64,000 bases of DNA from Hydrolagus colliei (taxonomy: Eukaryota), in assembly GCA_035084275.1 (NCBI GenBank), contig CM068757.1, positions 3,038,001-3,102,000 of the forward strand, in the 5' to 3' direction. The notes below the pieces were generated by a model. The model had not been told where the DNA came from and did no database searches. It worked only from the letters and a program-made list of their open reading frames with translations. A program made the translations under genes and the position numbers. Below, one piece after another: positions 22,621 through 36,082 of this stretch; the stretch's first letter is position 1; each line of letters opens with the position of its first letter.

Positions 22621-24167
22621 CCCCCTTGATATTTACAGCCGAGGAAATTTTACGAGAGAACTACACCTCTGAAGCAATGTGACAATGTTTGCTCTCTGTT
22701 GTGCCCACTGAGCTTTCTTCCACTTGGAAACCCAACTTGCTATCTATCTTGTTTCTCATTAAGATGTGATCTATGTGAAATGAATTTTAGATTTCACGAG
22801 GAGCCCAGTTTTGATTGATTTCAGCTGAGATCGTGAGGCGGCAACACTAATTTGATTTAATGTTTAACTCATTAGGCAAACGTGTTGCTATATTCCTTTT
22901 CCACACAATAGATACTTTCAATATATTGCTTGAATGACTCTATATATCTGTGAGACAACAAATAGCAATTGCATTTGAATGTTAATAGATCATCACACAA
23001 TCTCACCCTCACCACCCCACCCCTCCACCACACACATTGTTAGAAACAAAACTCCATTAAGCAGTTCATGGTGAATTGTTATTGAATTATAAAAAAAATC
23101 TTTTTTTATTGGTTTTAGTATGGGAATGAGTGCAGTGGACACAGGAGTTGACAAAGTGGTGGCTGACGGCAATATTCACTAATAGTGATTTAAGAAATAC
23201 AAATGAGAGATCTTCTAGTGACTGCCAAACCAACTCACAGGTTCCCCGCAGCATTTCAAGCAACAACAATTATTACAATCCTATCAAACCATTTGTCCCC
23301 TGTACTTATTACTTGACAATTAAATTTTGTGTCTTAAAATGTTATCGTTAAGAAATTAAAATGACATTTGCATAACGCTCGCCTCCCATTATGTTCCTGC
23401 TTTAATTCATTTTTGTTTTTCATTTCAGATAACTTAATTTGCCCCCGTGTGCACTAAACTTTTGAACTCTCCAGTTATTGCTGGAACAACATTGCTTTGG
23501 CAGGGAGACAGACCCAGCTCAAATGGAAATGTAGTCACAGATGTTTTGAGACCTTGCTGATAATGCTGGACTCAACTCGAGAGATTATTTGGTCACAGGA
23601 ATCAATTCCTCCAAAAATTATTCACATTGGTGTTGATTTGTTCAGAGCCATAATTATCATTAGCATACATATGACTAATTATACTGCTGAAGTTGCCATG
23701 CCAAAGTCATATTTGTATGCAGGTCATAAAACATCAAGACAGTTATTTAAAGTTGCAACAGTCCTTCAAATTGAATGAACTGAAATCAATGTACATTAAA
23801 ATGGTTGAGCCTATTGATCGTTTTCGAGCTTCTTTCCTCTCTTAGAAACATTTTCGAGAGCTTTGATCTCTTGCTTTGCCGTTTTAATTGATCAACTTTT
23901 ATCAAAAATGTGCAAATTGTTGAATTTTTAGCAACGCGGTGCGTGCATTCTTTTTCCTCTCCGCCTCCCACTGCCTTAAAGGTGCTGGGACTCGCAGTAT
24001 GGGACTTGAGATATGTGCATTAGTGGTATAACAACAACAATTTGCATTGATACAGTGACTTACAGCTCTCCTCACCCTCAGAACACCTCATAGCAAACTG
24101 AGGGTGAGGAGAGCTGGGGTTGGTGGAAAAATAACTTATTAGGCTTATTTGGAGTTGAAGTACACAG

Positions 24168-24484
24168 AATAATAATAATAATGATCCTTGCTTTTGATAT
24201 AGCACTTTTCACAGATGCCTCAAAGCGTTTCACAGAATATACTGTAAAGTGAATTGACTGTATATTTGTGGGTGAAATGCGGCAGCCAATTGCACACAGC
24301 AGCGTCCCCACAAACAGTCGTGGATTAAAATGACCAATTTTGATTATTGTGTTATTTTGGACGGATTATTAGTAGAAGTGTGGAGTAAGGAAACTTGCCT
24401 GAGGTTTCACCCTGATCTGCCTGGATTTGAGCATCTGTCTCATACTTGTAAGCGAGTGCTCTAACCACTGAGCTACAGGAGCTC
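24168..24484 (-). mobile_element. Full-length SINE
   Basis: Collinear with 35754-36082 from head to (ATT)n tail. Confidence 0.93.
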
Positions 24485-26169
24485 CATGATCAGCCATGAT
24501 CTAACAGAATGGTGGAATAGGCTTGAAGGGCTGAATGGAAAGGGACTCCAGGATTGAGGTGCAGAGAGAGGGAGAGGGTTGCGGGCAGAATGGCAGGTGG
24601 GAGAATATGAAGCAGGGCAGTGTTCATTGAGCAGAGACAATCTTTGTAACTTTTGATATCTGTAACATTGTCTAACCTGAATGTCATCCCTTGGTAATAA
24701 CTTATTAGGAATTATTCATGAGTAAAGCTTATTGTGTTGTTGCTTTTATGGGCTCTCTGCTAAGCTTTGAATTGCGATTTAATTTAATCTTTTCAAGTGA
24801 AATGGCGCTTTTATTCTTCACTTCTAGCTATTTATTTTAATTTTGATATTAATTAACTTGGATTCTGTTTTGGCAAGTGCACCAGCTACAAGACGCATAA
24901 TGCTTCCCATTGTATCCAGCAGCTTCATCACAGAGCTACTAAGAAATTAGGCTGGCATCATTTTCCTTCATCCTAAGGGCATTCTGCTTGAAAACAACAC
25001 ATTGTGCGACTGAAATTCTATGCTCACAAAAGACTGCATTCATGGTGTTGCTGCAATATTAAAAGGGTAACTTTCTTCTTCTTCATGATGATTAATGTCC
25101 TAAAGAGATATACTTCTGTCACTCGGTTATTTCTTCCCCCCCAGTATTTAGCATTCAAACAGAAGGCATCTTGGATTATTTTGTCCTTATATTCATTGCC
25201 TCTCAAAACTGCCTTATTTAATTGGAGGGCAGAGCCGGCAGATATCAACGAAACTGACTGCAGGAAAGTGAGTTCACAGAACAAAATGGTGAAACAAATG
25301 TATAGCCCTGAACCTGACTTTTCACCTAGTCGAAGCCTGCAACATCATTTTGTTTTTAAATTTAGAATTGTGCGGAAATGTAAAACAATCATACATTTAG
25401 TCTCAATTCGGAAGGTGGCTTTCCAAAGTTCTTCTAAAGAACTTCTTTGTAAATTGAGAATTAATATATAAGATTATGCAGAATTTAGCAAAAAGTCTTA
25501 AATACAGTCTGAGTTTGGAAGGCGATTTTATGTTTAATTTAATTTTATTGTGATATATCATAAAATCTACGTAATCTTTCAATAGCTATCACAGAAACGG
25601 TCCTGGTATAAAAGATTGTTGCTGAGGTCTTCTCTTAATTACTGCTGAATGATACCTTTTCAAAACATTCTGTTTTACATCTGAAAATGATAATTTGTGG
25701 AGATGACAGGAAATCACACTGTTGTGCACATCCATACGTATGGTGAATTGTTTATCCCCACTAACATTTCGCTATTGGGTGCCAAGTGATAGTTCAAAGC
25801 AAGTACAGGTGTCACATCAGGTGCAACATCTACTCAACAACACTAAGCATCTGTTCCAGTCATTGTACATTTTCTAAGACTCCAGTAATATCAAATTATG
25901 GATGGCATCAACCACTATAAATTGGGTTCAGACATCTCTTCAGATATCATTCCAAATAGAATTAAATAGACTGTGTAGCACCGAAACAAGCTGTCCACCC
26001 AACTAGTCCATGCCTTGGTTTATACACCACATCAGCCTCCACCCACTCCTGATCTCCTCTCTTTACTCTCTCACAAAGCCCTTCTTTCTCACATATGGAA
26101 ACCTAGCTTGAGTATTAATTTTAGCAGCAGATACAATCATTTGAAAGTTGCAAGCTTTTAGTACTTTGC

Positions 26170-26248
26170 CTGCCAATATACGGTCAATTCATATTCTGTG
26201 AAGCTCTTTGAGACATCTTGAAGACATGAAAAGTGCCATATATAATTT
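26170..26248 (+). mobile_element. SINE 3' fragment
   Basis: aatatacggtcaattca...gaagctctttgagacatc...gaaaagtgccatatat. Confidence 0.75.
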
Positions 26249-26294
26249 TATTGGGTGCCAAGTGACAGTTCAACCACATAAAGAGTCTTATTAA

Positions 26295-26595
26295 CAATAA
26301 TAATCCGAGCATTTGATATTGCAGTTTTCATGTCTTCTAGAGGTCTCAAAGTGCTTCACAAGAATATGCTGTGAAGTGAATTAACTGTACATTTGTGGGT
26401 GAAACCTGGCAGCCAATTGCGTGCAGCAATGTCCCACAAACAGTCGTGAATTCAAGTGACCAATTTATTATCGTTTTTTCGAGGGATTATTATCAGGTGT
26501 GTGAAGTAAGGAAACTTGCCCAAGGTTTGGCCCTGCCTGGAACTGAACCTAGGTCTCTCGCTTGCAATGCAAGTGCTCCAGCCATTGAGCTGTAT
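26295..26595 (-). mobile_element. Full-length SINE
   Basis: Collinear with the other full-length copies. Confidence 0.92.
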
Positions 26596-29539
26596 GACTC
26601 TACATTATGAGAGTGATAGAGGTACAATGTTTAGCGTTATTGCACCATGCCTCTCCTTACCTTCAGAGCTTGGTGAAAAGGAACCTCAGCCAGCACTGTT
26701 ATATCCTGATCCAGTGAAATAGTTATCATTGCATCCGGCAACACTCCACTCCACACCACATTAATTGCATACCTGAAAATGAATGCTGGCGGCAGTCATA
26801 ACATGCTGGACTCGACATCAATTCCGCTTACCTTGAAAACCATATCACGCACAAGTCAGCGTCCACAACAATGTGCAAGGTACTATATGTGTTTGTATAG
26901 TACTGTATATTGCGCATTATCCAATGATAGCAGTATATTGTAATGCCTCATTTTTAGAAGAAACAAGTAGTCTCAGTAATGCATCATTCTTTTTCAGCAA
27001 AAACAACCCAAACACAATTGTTTTGTTATTAGGTGACCTCAGCTATGTACCTACCTGTACATGGCATGAAAGAAACAGTGCTGCGTATCTTGTTTGATAT
27101 GTAACAGCACTGACACATCAATCAGCACAGTTTACTTGAAGAAACTATTTCTAAATATCCAGACAGTAGTATATCTTTCCAACTGATGTAATACCCAGAA
27201 ATTACCACATTCGCAAATATAGAAAATATTTATCTACTGCACCATAAGTCACCTTGAACCTTAATTGCAAATCCTATTTTAATGTTCTGGTCTTTGAAAA
27301 GTAACCTTGTGTGACGTCTATTATAGATTTTTCTGACCCACCCCACTTCTATTAAGCCAGGATCAATCTACAAAGCTCTGGTTTTTATTTAGATTTTAAC
27401 GGAAATCAATTTCAGTTAAAATAATTTTGCAATTTTACACCAAATATGTTCTCTTGTTATTTCAAATGTGAATGGGGAGAAGATGGCTATAGTACACTTA
27501 ATTGACCAATGATTATTTCACTAAAGAGTGTGCACAGTTAGCATTTTCTGAATAACATATTTGAAGATAAACACTTTATACTGAGCTCCAAGCCACTTAA
27601 AAAGGAGTTCAAATTGAAAACATCATCTATTGAATCAGTCAACTGAGAAATCTCTGAGGTTTAGAAAACTTTTACCAATGCACACGAACAGTTTATTATC
27701 AAGGATTCTTGGATGACTGGATGACTTTAGGTTTTCGTTGTTTTATAATTGAGATTTTTAATGACCAAGTAAAGACTGCAAAGACTTCACTTTCAGAGAC
27801 TTTGCTGTGTTGGAGCTGGGTATCTGGACTTGGAGCTGGTTTATTGTCACACTTTTTTAATTATGTAAATCTTAATTGTATTGGTTTGTTTGTTGCCCAG
27901 TGCTACAATCTACAAAAAGACAGCTTTGTACTCAGTGGGCTGACAGAGCTCACACAGTCCTGGGAGCTTGCCGTGATTTATAATTGCTGGTATATTAGAG
28001 GTAGTATCTTTCTTTTTCATCATCACGTATGACGGGGTTCAGCCTCTGTCCACAATTGCTGTTTAATGGATTCTCAAGTGGAATTGCCGAGAAATTGTTC
28101 TCTGTACAGCCACAAGCAACTTTAATTGTTAGATGTTCGGGTGGGAGGGGAGGGGGAAGGTTGTTTCGGGAAATGCATAGAACATCAGTGTGCCGTTAAC
28201 TGATCAGCCTCTGCTTAAAACTGGTGCCATGAAACAAGACCAGTCCCTGAATATTCATGTTTATGCCTATTCCTAACCCCTTCCCTTTCTGTAACCAGTG
28301 AATGATACACAGCAGAGGATTTAATTGTGCTGCTTTCTTTCTGTGGTGTTGGCAACCAAGATTATAGCACTGGCACTGTTTATACTGGGATTAGCTGGCA
28401 TGTAAACCTCCGTCCACGGGCCAGACCTCAGCTAAAATGGAGCAATGCATCGACATTCTGACATCCTTGGCACGTTGGCAAAAAAGCCTTTACACAAATG
28501 ATCCATGGCCTAAATTACAGTGGCAGAAGTGGAACCCCACCTCCACCCCCCCCACCCAAAGAAACAAAGATATTTTGGGACAAGTCCTTGTTCCTTGACA
28601 CCCATTGTAATGCTGCACCAAGGTTCTGGTGCCCAACTAATCTACAATGGTGTCCACACAAGCCTTCACTCCTCCTTTTTCTCTTTCCTTATACCCCTTT
28701 GAACATTTGCTTCAACCACTGGTATTATCCGTGCTAAACGATTCTATGTTTCTATGGACGAGACAGTGCATTGTGGTGGAGCAGGCCCAGGAATGCTATC
28801 AATTGTTGGTTTACAATAACCTCACCAAGTCTAACTGTCTAAAATAGCGGCATAATCCATTGGGACAGAAGAGTGTAATCTTTTCCGTGATAGCTGTACA
28901 AAGTAAACAGAAGCTAATTCCAAACTTTGGAAATGTATTTGGATCTTTGGATTAATTTGGATCTTTGCATAAAACATCTCCGAAACTGAATCACTTTCAT
29001 TTGCTGATGCACCTAACTAAACCCAAAACATGTGATGACTTTGTGTATTATGTAGGGAATGGGACACCAGACTATGTATATATCTATAATATATACAGTA
29101 CATATATTATAGATTTATACATTGAAAGCAGTTTCTTCCCTCCCCATGAATTATTAATCATATCAATATTGTGCTTAGCATCAGAATTCATTTGGGGTTG
29201 TTTAAAACATTTATGCCGCTGATAGAAAGGAATGAAAATGAAATAAACTTCCCCCATTACTCATGCTGAAATTTTTAAATGTTAAATGTGCTCACTTGAG
29301 CTGGTGGCTGGATTTCCTAATGTAACTTTACTGCTGTAGAAGGGAATGTGAAAATACTGATATTAGATACTGGACAGCCACTGATGGAAATTTTCAAGTA
29401 ATATGCCAAGTAATAGACCCTGCTCCGTGGAATTTACAATTATCTGTGAACCTATCAATTTTTAATCTATGGTCTTTGTCAGAAAAGTTATTGAACTCCA
29501 GCTCTTCCTTTGGAGGTCAAACAATGTTAGAATCCAAAA

Positions 29540-29645
29540 ATATATATATATTATATACATGTATCTAGATATATATACTGTATATATATTTATATATATG
29601 GATATATATACTGTATATATATGTGTGTGTATGTGGTTGTGTGTC
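29540..29645. repeat. (TA)n/(TG)n low-complexity tract
   Basis: Read directly. Confidence 0.85.
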
Positions 29646-31509
29646 TGCTGAGGGCAAGGAGAAGATTATTCACACAGCAATAGTGAACCATGGGATCTAC
29701 ATTATCTTTCTAAACACTATGTTAGAAGCACTGTACATAGCAATTCTTTGAACTCTTCTCTGAAATATTAACATGGCTTTCAACACGACCACCAAAATAT
29801 CAGAAAGTTTTATCTTAAATGAATTACGGTAAGTCACTGGACCATATTTTGTGGTTGGAGAAATTGAAGAAAAACCACAAATCCTAATACAGTATAATGT
29901 TCATTTTGAACTTACCAAATCAAAAAACCTATTGTGACAAACAATGAAAACATTATTAAACATATTGAAATAAAAGACTTCTCTGGGTTATTGCACCCCA
30001 GGAAGGGAATGGTCATCAGCCCATTTGATCTCATCCTTGCTGCCTATCAATGCCTTCTTATTCCAGCATCAAATAGTTTCTTATATTAATCTATTTTTAT
30101 GACTTCAACCATACTTCTTGGCACTGTACCTAGTTCCAGCTGCTGATTACCTTCTGTGTCAAGACAGATTTCAATAATCTATCCTAGAGTTACCGTCCAA
30201 AGCCCGCCCTGAACCCACACGCTCTTGCCTGAGCCCCAACTTATGAAAGCATTTATTTTTTGCCTTGCTAGGATCCATTACACCTCAGAAAGATTTCCTT
30301 TGAGAAGTCTTCTGTTGACACCTCATGTAATACTTCCATGTCTTCTTCAAACAGTGGAGATCAGCTTGGTTGGTCTCCTTTGCACCATCTTTGGGGCCTG
30401 AGCAGACCTCGATGATCCTTGTTTGATCTCAATGTGAAATCCCCCTATTTTTCCTTGCCTGCTGCCATTTCATTTAGATGAAGTAAAAATTTGGATGCGC
30501 TATAAAAATATTTTTTGGTATATTACATACAATTTAACATGTCATCTGAGATGAGACGTAGTGGCGTTCCAGGATAAATGGAAAACGCTATGCTTAAAAG
30601 AAGCATTAGGACTGACTGCTAACATAGTTTCAGAATAAATCTTTACTCACCATTGCTTAAACTGGGTAGGGCTTTGCTGATCCATCCATTTAGGCTCATT
30701 ATTCATACTCATTATATTTCTGACTTTATTCAATTCAATCCAATCGAGGAAATTCTCCAAATTTCAAGGGCACCTTCACAATCTGTAATTACATCTGATA
30801 AAAATGGAAAGAAAAACATAAATTAATTCTCCAAGGATTTACCTATCACAGGCATTAAAAAAAACGTTTAACACACTACAGTATGTATTCAAGAGACAGG
30901 AATTCTATTCTTGAGAATCTCTATCTATTTTGGTTGTAGTTAAATATCATTATAAATTCAATCCTACTGTACTTAAAATGCATCAGCTTTTGAAAATCTT
31001 CTCTGCCGTTCTTGTTTGCTGTGTACTCAGGTCGAATGTTAAATAACCATTACAAATCCCAAGTAAAATAGGCATCTAAATACTGCAGTGATTTTACAGG
31101 CCATTTGCTTGTATTGATACAATGGATTGTGATAAGGGGAACCATAAACTAACAACTGAATGTATACCCGGTGTATCATTTCATGTCATAAATGGAGAAG
31201 ATGTAGAGAGAGACCTATGTGGGGTTGAACATTATTCTTTGAAGTGAAGCACTCTCAATACCAAAAAGAAACAATATTGGCCACTTGGGTAACTTGAGAT
31301 CAGTTAAGAAAATGGACCTGCCACCATCACTAGATGAAAAACTGCGTTGAATTGCAATAATTGTATTGTTATCCTGTTGTATTCATCAGGTGGGTTAAAT
31401 AAAAATGTTTGTCTTGCAACACCCAAAAGAAGATGACAAGCATCACAAAAGATGAATTAGACATTAAAAATTTTGTTTTCGTTTCCAAAAAGAATAGTAT
31501 TTCTCAAAA

Positions 31510-31890
31510 GGGCTGAGTGGCTGAATATGTTGGAACACTTTCCTATTACCCCAGGGAACCTGGGTGCAGTGAGTTAGAACACTGCCTTTTAACCTTTGGG
31601 GCCTAGTGTAGAAGCCAGCGAAGATTGATGAGCCAAAAATGCCTCTCCTCTTCAGAATGCCAGCTAGAACAGTCGCTCATGAAACATGCTTAGAGCAGCA
31701 TCAGCCTAGTTGCTAATAAGAGCAAGTCCACAAGATAAAATTGTCAGAAATTGGAACCTGTAAAAGGAGTGGAATGCCCGCCAGTGTAGGGTAGGATGCT
31801 TTCCTGAATTTTGTTTCATAATTATTTAAGGACCTTTACTTCTCTCTGACCCACGCGATAGCTCGCCTGGGAGTGCTGGATGCTGACGCT
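31510..31890 (+). mobile_element. Probable old, distinct tRNA-derived SINE
   Basis: Doubled tRNA-like head (cactttcctattaccccagggaacctgggt; cactgccttttaacctttggggcctagtgt) and tail tttactctctctgaccc...cctgggagtgctggatgctgac reminiscent of shark SINEs; very degraded. Confidence 0.4.
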
Positions 31891-32359
31891 GTTGAAACAG
31901 AGAGGTCAGGCTTCAACCTGACAATGTAGTACCTCAAAAGTCAAAGATCCATGTGCAAACCTAACTGCAATCTCCCAACCTACTTACAGGGCTACTCTGT
32001 TCATGTTGAAATTCATTGCAATATTTCAGGGGTAGCATCCAGATTAACTGGGGCACACTGAGTGAGACGGCTCTGTTGGTGTTGCTGCTATGTCAATGTC
32101 AATGTTCCACAGGCCTATTGTTTAATTACAAAAAAAAAATTGCGGAAGTGCAAATAAAATGCTGGCGAAGGTAGGAGAGGGCCAGCGTGTGCCAGTTATG
32201 ATGAATAGAACAGGTGGAAATGGCAGCTGGTGGGTAGGATTTAGTTACAAGGCCATTGGCAGCCAGTACTGGCACGGGCTCAATGTGACCTAGAATGAAT
32301 TGCACCATTGTGGTGTGTCTCAATTCGATATATACCCGACCTCATTTCCCACTTGCAGC

Positions 32360-32502
32360 AATAATAATCATCAGCTGTTTATGGGGCATTGCTGCGTTCG
32401 CTCACAAATTACTCAGTCACCAGTAAAATCCTGCAAATTGCTCTGAGACCTTCTGCCAATGTGCAAGGGGCTATATTAAATACAAGAATTATTATTTATT
32501 AT
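32360..32502 (+). mobile_element. Degraded SINE 3' part
   Basis: ctgtttatggggcattgctgcgttcgctcacaaa...ggctatattaaatacaagaattatt. Confidence 0.6.
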
Positions 32503-35201
32503 AAGCTTAAGATGTCTTGCTGCATAACAACTTATTCGACTGTAGGCATTTAATTAAATAGACCAGTAGTTCTACTTCATTGCAAATACACCTAACAAAG
32601 GCTGATAAATCCGCAAAATATTATCTCTGACATTCACCCTGAGATGAAGTACAGAAGACCTTGTGAAAGCTCTCTTACTCCAGAATGCTTGTTGCTGAAA
32701 GTCGTTATGAAACGCTGAAAGTTATTAACTGAAATCAGTGCTTGAAATGTTGCAGCTATCTATACAAGGGTAAGTTTGTTGTTGTAATTGTGGGAATCAT
32801 TTTTGAGCGATCGTTTTGCTTGGGAAAAAACAATCTTGTTTATTTTATTTGAAGCTGAAAATCATTTCTTCCACATCCACTAAAATAGGGTCAAATATCG
32901 AAAACATGCGACTTCAACACAATTTAGAAGAGGGGTACACTGGGGTACTCTGACGGGATTGCACACCATAACAGTCTTTAATATAAAAACAAAAGCCTGT
33001 TTGCTAATTAACCTAATCTGCATACATGAAGTGCAAATGATTAACATAATTCATTATCTTATTTATATCTAACGGCATAATTCATGTACCTTCAAGTCTT
33101 TAAAAGATAATATTTTCAAATTAACACAATTTTCTCATGTAATTTACACTGCCTTGATACGATCAGTCAGTGCGTCATTCGTCTGCATCGCACAGCAGCT
33201 CGATGAAGAAACAAGACTTAGTTTTTAAAAAATAACTTTCAACTGACCTTTTTTTCCTCATCATAAAACAAATACAATCGCAATTCCTCTTAAATATGTT
33301 GATACTTCCTGCTTCAAGCACAGCTTCTGGCAGTGAATTCCATTATTATATAAGTTACAATACAAGCTAAAGCATATGTTACGTGTAGAAAGCTTGATTT
33401 AAGAGACAATCAATGTGTTTAATAAAGAAGAAATAACTTTAGATTTCAATACCTTAATTTGTGTAAACAAAAAAGATATTAATATATTATAGGAAAACGA
33501 TTCTTGCAGTAGTGATAGTGTAGCTTACCTGCCATTGCAAACACTCACATAAAGTGAATTGAACTTGCAAATACAGTATATAGATCGTTCTAAATTTGAC
33601 TGAATGGAAGTTCGTAACTATTAGTCATTGAAAGTATTAGACCAGTTGAAACCTCTTGAGTTGAAAGAAATATACCGAAGTTCTGCCAATTGCATATTTG
33701 TACTTATCTTGTGATGTGTCCTTGAGTACAGTACTGTATATTGCTACTGCTGCTAACTTAATAGTATTTGTCCAGAGAAATGACCATCCAGTGTGTAGGT
33801 GGATCCAGGACTATTTAGAACATTTCAAGACACTGTAACAGCAACTGTAATGGACGTTACAAAGTTATCATGGCTTTAATTTAATTTTTGTTAAGGCTGT
33901 TGTCTTTGCACTAAGTTTTGTTTGGTGTGAAAAATTGAAAATGATTGGTTTGGATCAGTTTACAATTGAAACGAGCCAAAAGCTCCCCGTTCAAAATCAT
34001 AGCTTTTATGCAACCCCATGCAAAGAAATTGGACAATGCAATCAATCCCTTTAGATATATTTCAAACTTTAGAAATGTACAGGATTCCCTCAAGGAATCC
34101 CGGGCATCCATTACTTAGTTTATAGTGTTATGAATAATTTTTCTAAAGGGCAGATATATATGCCATTTACAGTGCCATTGTCAGATTGCTCTCACTGTAA
34201 AAACTTTCAATACTGATTATTATTCATCACTTTCCACCATGGATGAATATATAAAGCTGCTTCGACATAAAAATGTTTGAAGGAAGCAATACTGCGTACT
34301 TGGGCATATTTATAATTCTGTCCTGAACGATCTTCCATTGGTGGCCTGTTCTGTACTTTTTCATCATTTTATAGCATTAAGAGTTTATTTATAGAAATGA
34401 ACCTAAGGTGCAGTGTTATTTTGCAAACCATCTGTTGTTTATACAGCAAGCAGTACAAAAATTGGTTGCTCAGTTTCATGGCGATTCATCTCTGATAGAA
34501 AGTCCCATATGGAAAGTTGCATTTTCTGATGCCAGAGTTCAATCTTATTCTGATGCTCTGTCACTACAAGGGATAGGGAGACCTTAACATTTTTATCAGG
34601 CACAGCGAGTGCCTAAGCCAAGCCTCATCTATCAGTACATCGCAAAAGGGTAATATTCTTCAAGCTGCAGGCTATCTTGGATGCTTTATGGATGAATTGG
34701 GGAATGAGTGGGAGGGTGCAGCGTTCTCTAATTCTCTAAAACAAACACGTTGGGAATGCAAACCAATCATTATGAGTCTGATTTTTGTTTTCTCGCTTGA
34801 GATTGCGCACGGTCATTACAAAGTTTACGGTTGATTTTTTTTCCCCCGTCTTCCCACAAGGCAGCTAATATATTTGATTTAGTCCACACACAGTAGTGTA
34901 CTTAGTGACATTCAGCAAAACAACCTTAAAATTCCACAGAAACGCCATGCTATATTACAAACAGATGTGCTTCCAATATTCCAATAGGATTTCATTTCTG
35001 TTAATACTGTCATTAGTGTCACCACATTTAGCTTGTGATTATAGCTGTTTGTTCTCTTGAATGAGTGGAATGCTGGATATGATAGGCAGGGGAAAATCCA
35101 ATAAACACCTCCAGTTTGTCACTTTAACTATATAAGTACAAGCCTACAAGTTGCTACAAGTTGACCAGATAAATTATACGAGTGCTTTAATCGTTTCTTT
35201 C

Positions 35202-35320
35202 AATAATAATCCTTGCGTTAGATATAGCACCATATCATATCGTCGAGATGTCTCAAAGCGCTTTGCGGGGTACACTGTAAAATAGATTGACTGTGTGGTT
35301 TTTGTGAGCAAAACACAGCA
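35202..35320 (-). mobile_element. SINE 3' fragment
   Basis: aataataatccttgcgttagatatagcac...gtctcaaagcgctt. Confidence 0.85.
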
Positions 35321-35753
35321 ATATATTAGTTCCCGCTGTTTCAAATGAGTGCATATTTGGCTGAATTTAGCATCCATTCTGAGATCAGTCTGTGTCACGG
35401 TAAGCAATAGGCTAAATCTAGCCAGTCTTTCCAGATTTCGTTTGGACTAATGTATCTCTGAAATGTTAATGCCAAGTGACGGCTGGGTTTCTGCCATGAT
35501 TAGGGAAAACGCATCAGGCTACTTACTGTATGTGCCGGTTTCATGGATGTAAATGGATTCAGCTGGAAGTGTTATCCAGAAGGGAGAAATTGGTGCTTCA
35601 GATGGTAGCACTGTGGGGGGGAAGTTGCAATGTGTGACTTGTGATACTTTTTGCCTGCTGGTGACACTACAAACTCTCTCCCACCCCCCCACCTCCCCAC
35701 TGCTGTGATAAACCAATGGGTCACCTTTGCCTGAACAGAGCACGGAGTGCTCC

Positions 35754-36082
35754 TAATAAATAATGATCCTTGCGTTTGATATAGCGCTTTTCACGTCTTC
35801 TAGTAGTCTCAAAGCGCTTCCCGGAATATACTGTAAAGTGAATTGACTGTATATTTGTGGGCGAAAGGCGGCAGCCAATTGCGCACAGCAGCGTCCCCCA
35901 CAAACAGTCGTGGATTGAAATGACCAATTTTATTATTGTGTTGTTTTTTTTCCAAGGGATTATTATCAGGCATGTACGGGGAGTAAGGAAACTTGCCCAA
36001 GGTTTGGCCCTGGCCTGCCTTGATTCGAACACAGGTATCACGCTCGTAAGGCGAGCGCTCTAACCACTGAGCTACGGGAGCT
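35754..36082 (-). mobile_element. Best-preserved full-length SINE (tRNA head, Deu domain, L2-like tail; similar to chimaera SINE2-1_CM)
   Basis: A box TAGCTCAGTGG, B box GTTCGAATC, core gctgctgtgcgcaattggctgccgc, tail gtgaaaagcgctatatcaaacgcaaggatcatt; CpGs retained. Confidence 0.95.

Noticed and set aside
25004-25471. 155-aa ORF
   Set aside because: GTG start, intergenic-like composition, no recognisable motif or exon boundaries.
28180-28480. Possible ancient SINE or conserved element (similarly 21700-21960)
   Set aside because: Only a vague resemblance; cannot be supported without an HMM search or alignment.
36020-36082. tRNA-like sequences (also at 10240, 15660-15737, 18229, 24420-24484, 26540-26595)
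   Set aside because: These are SINE heads: they have A/B boxes but no complete cloverleaf and are always attached to the SINE body.
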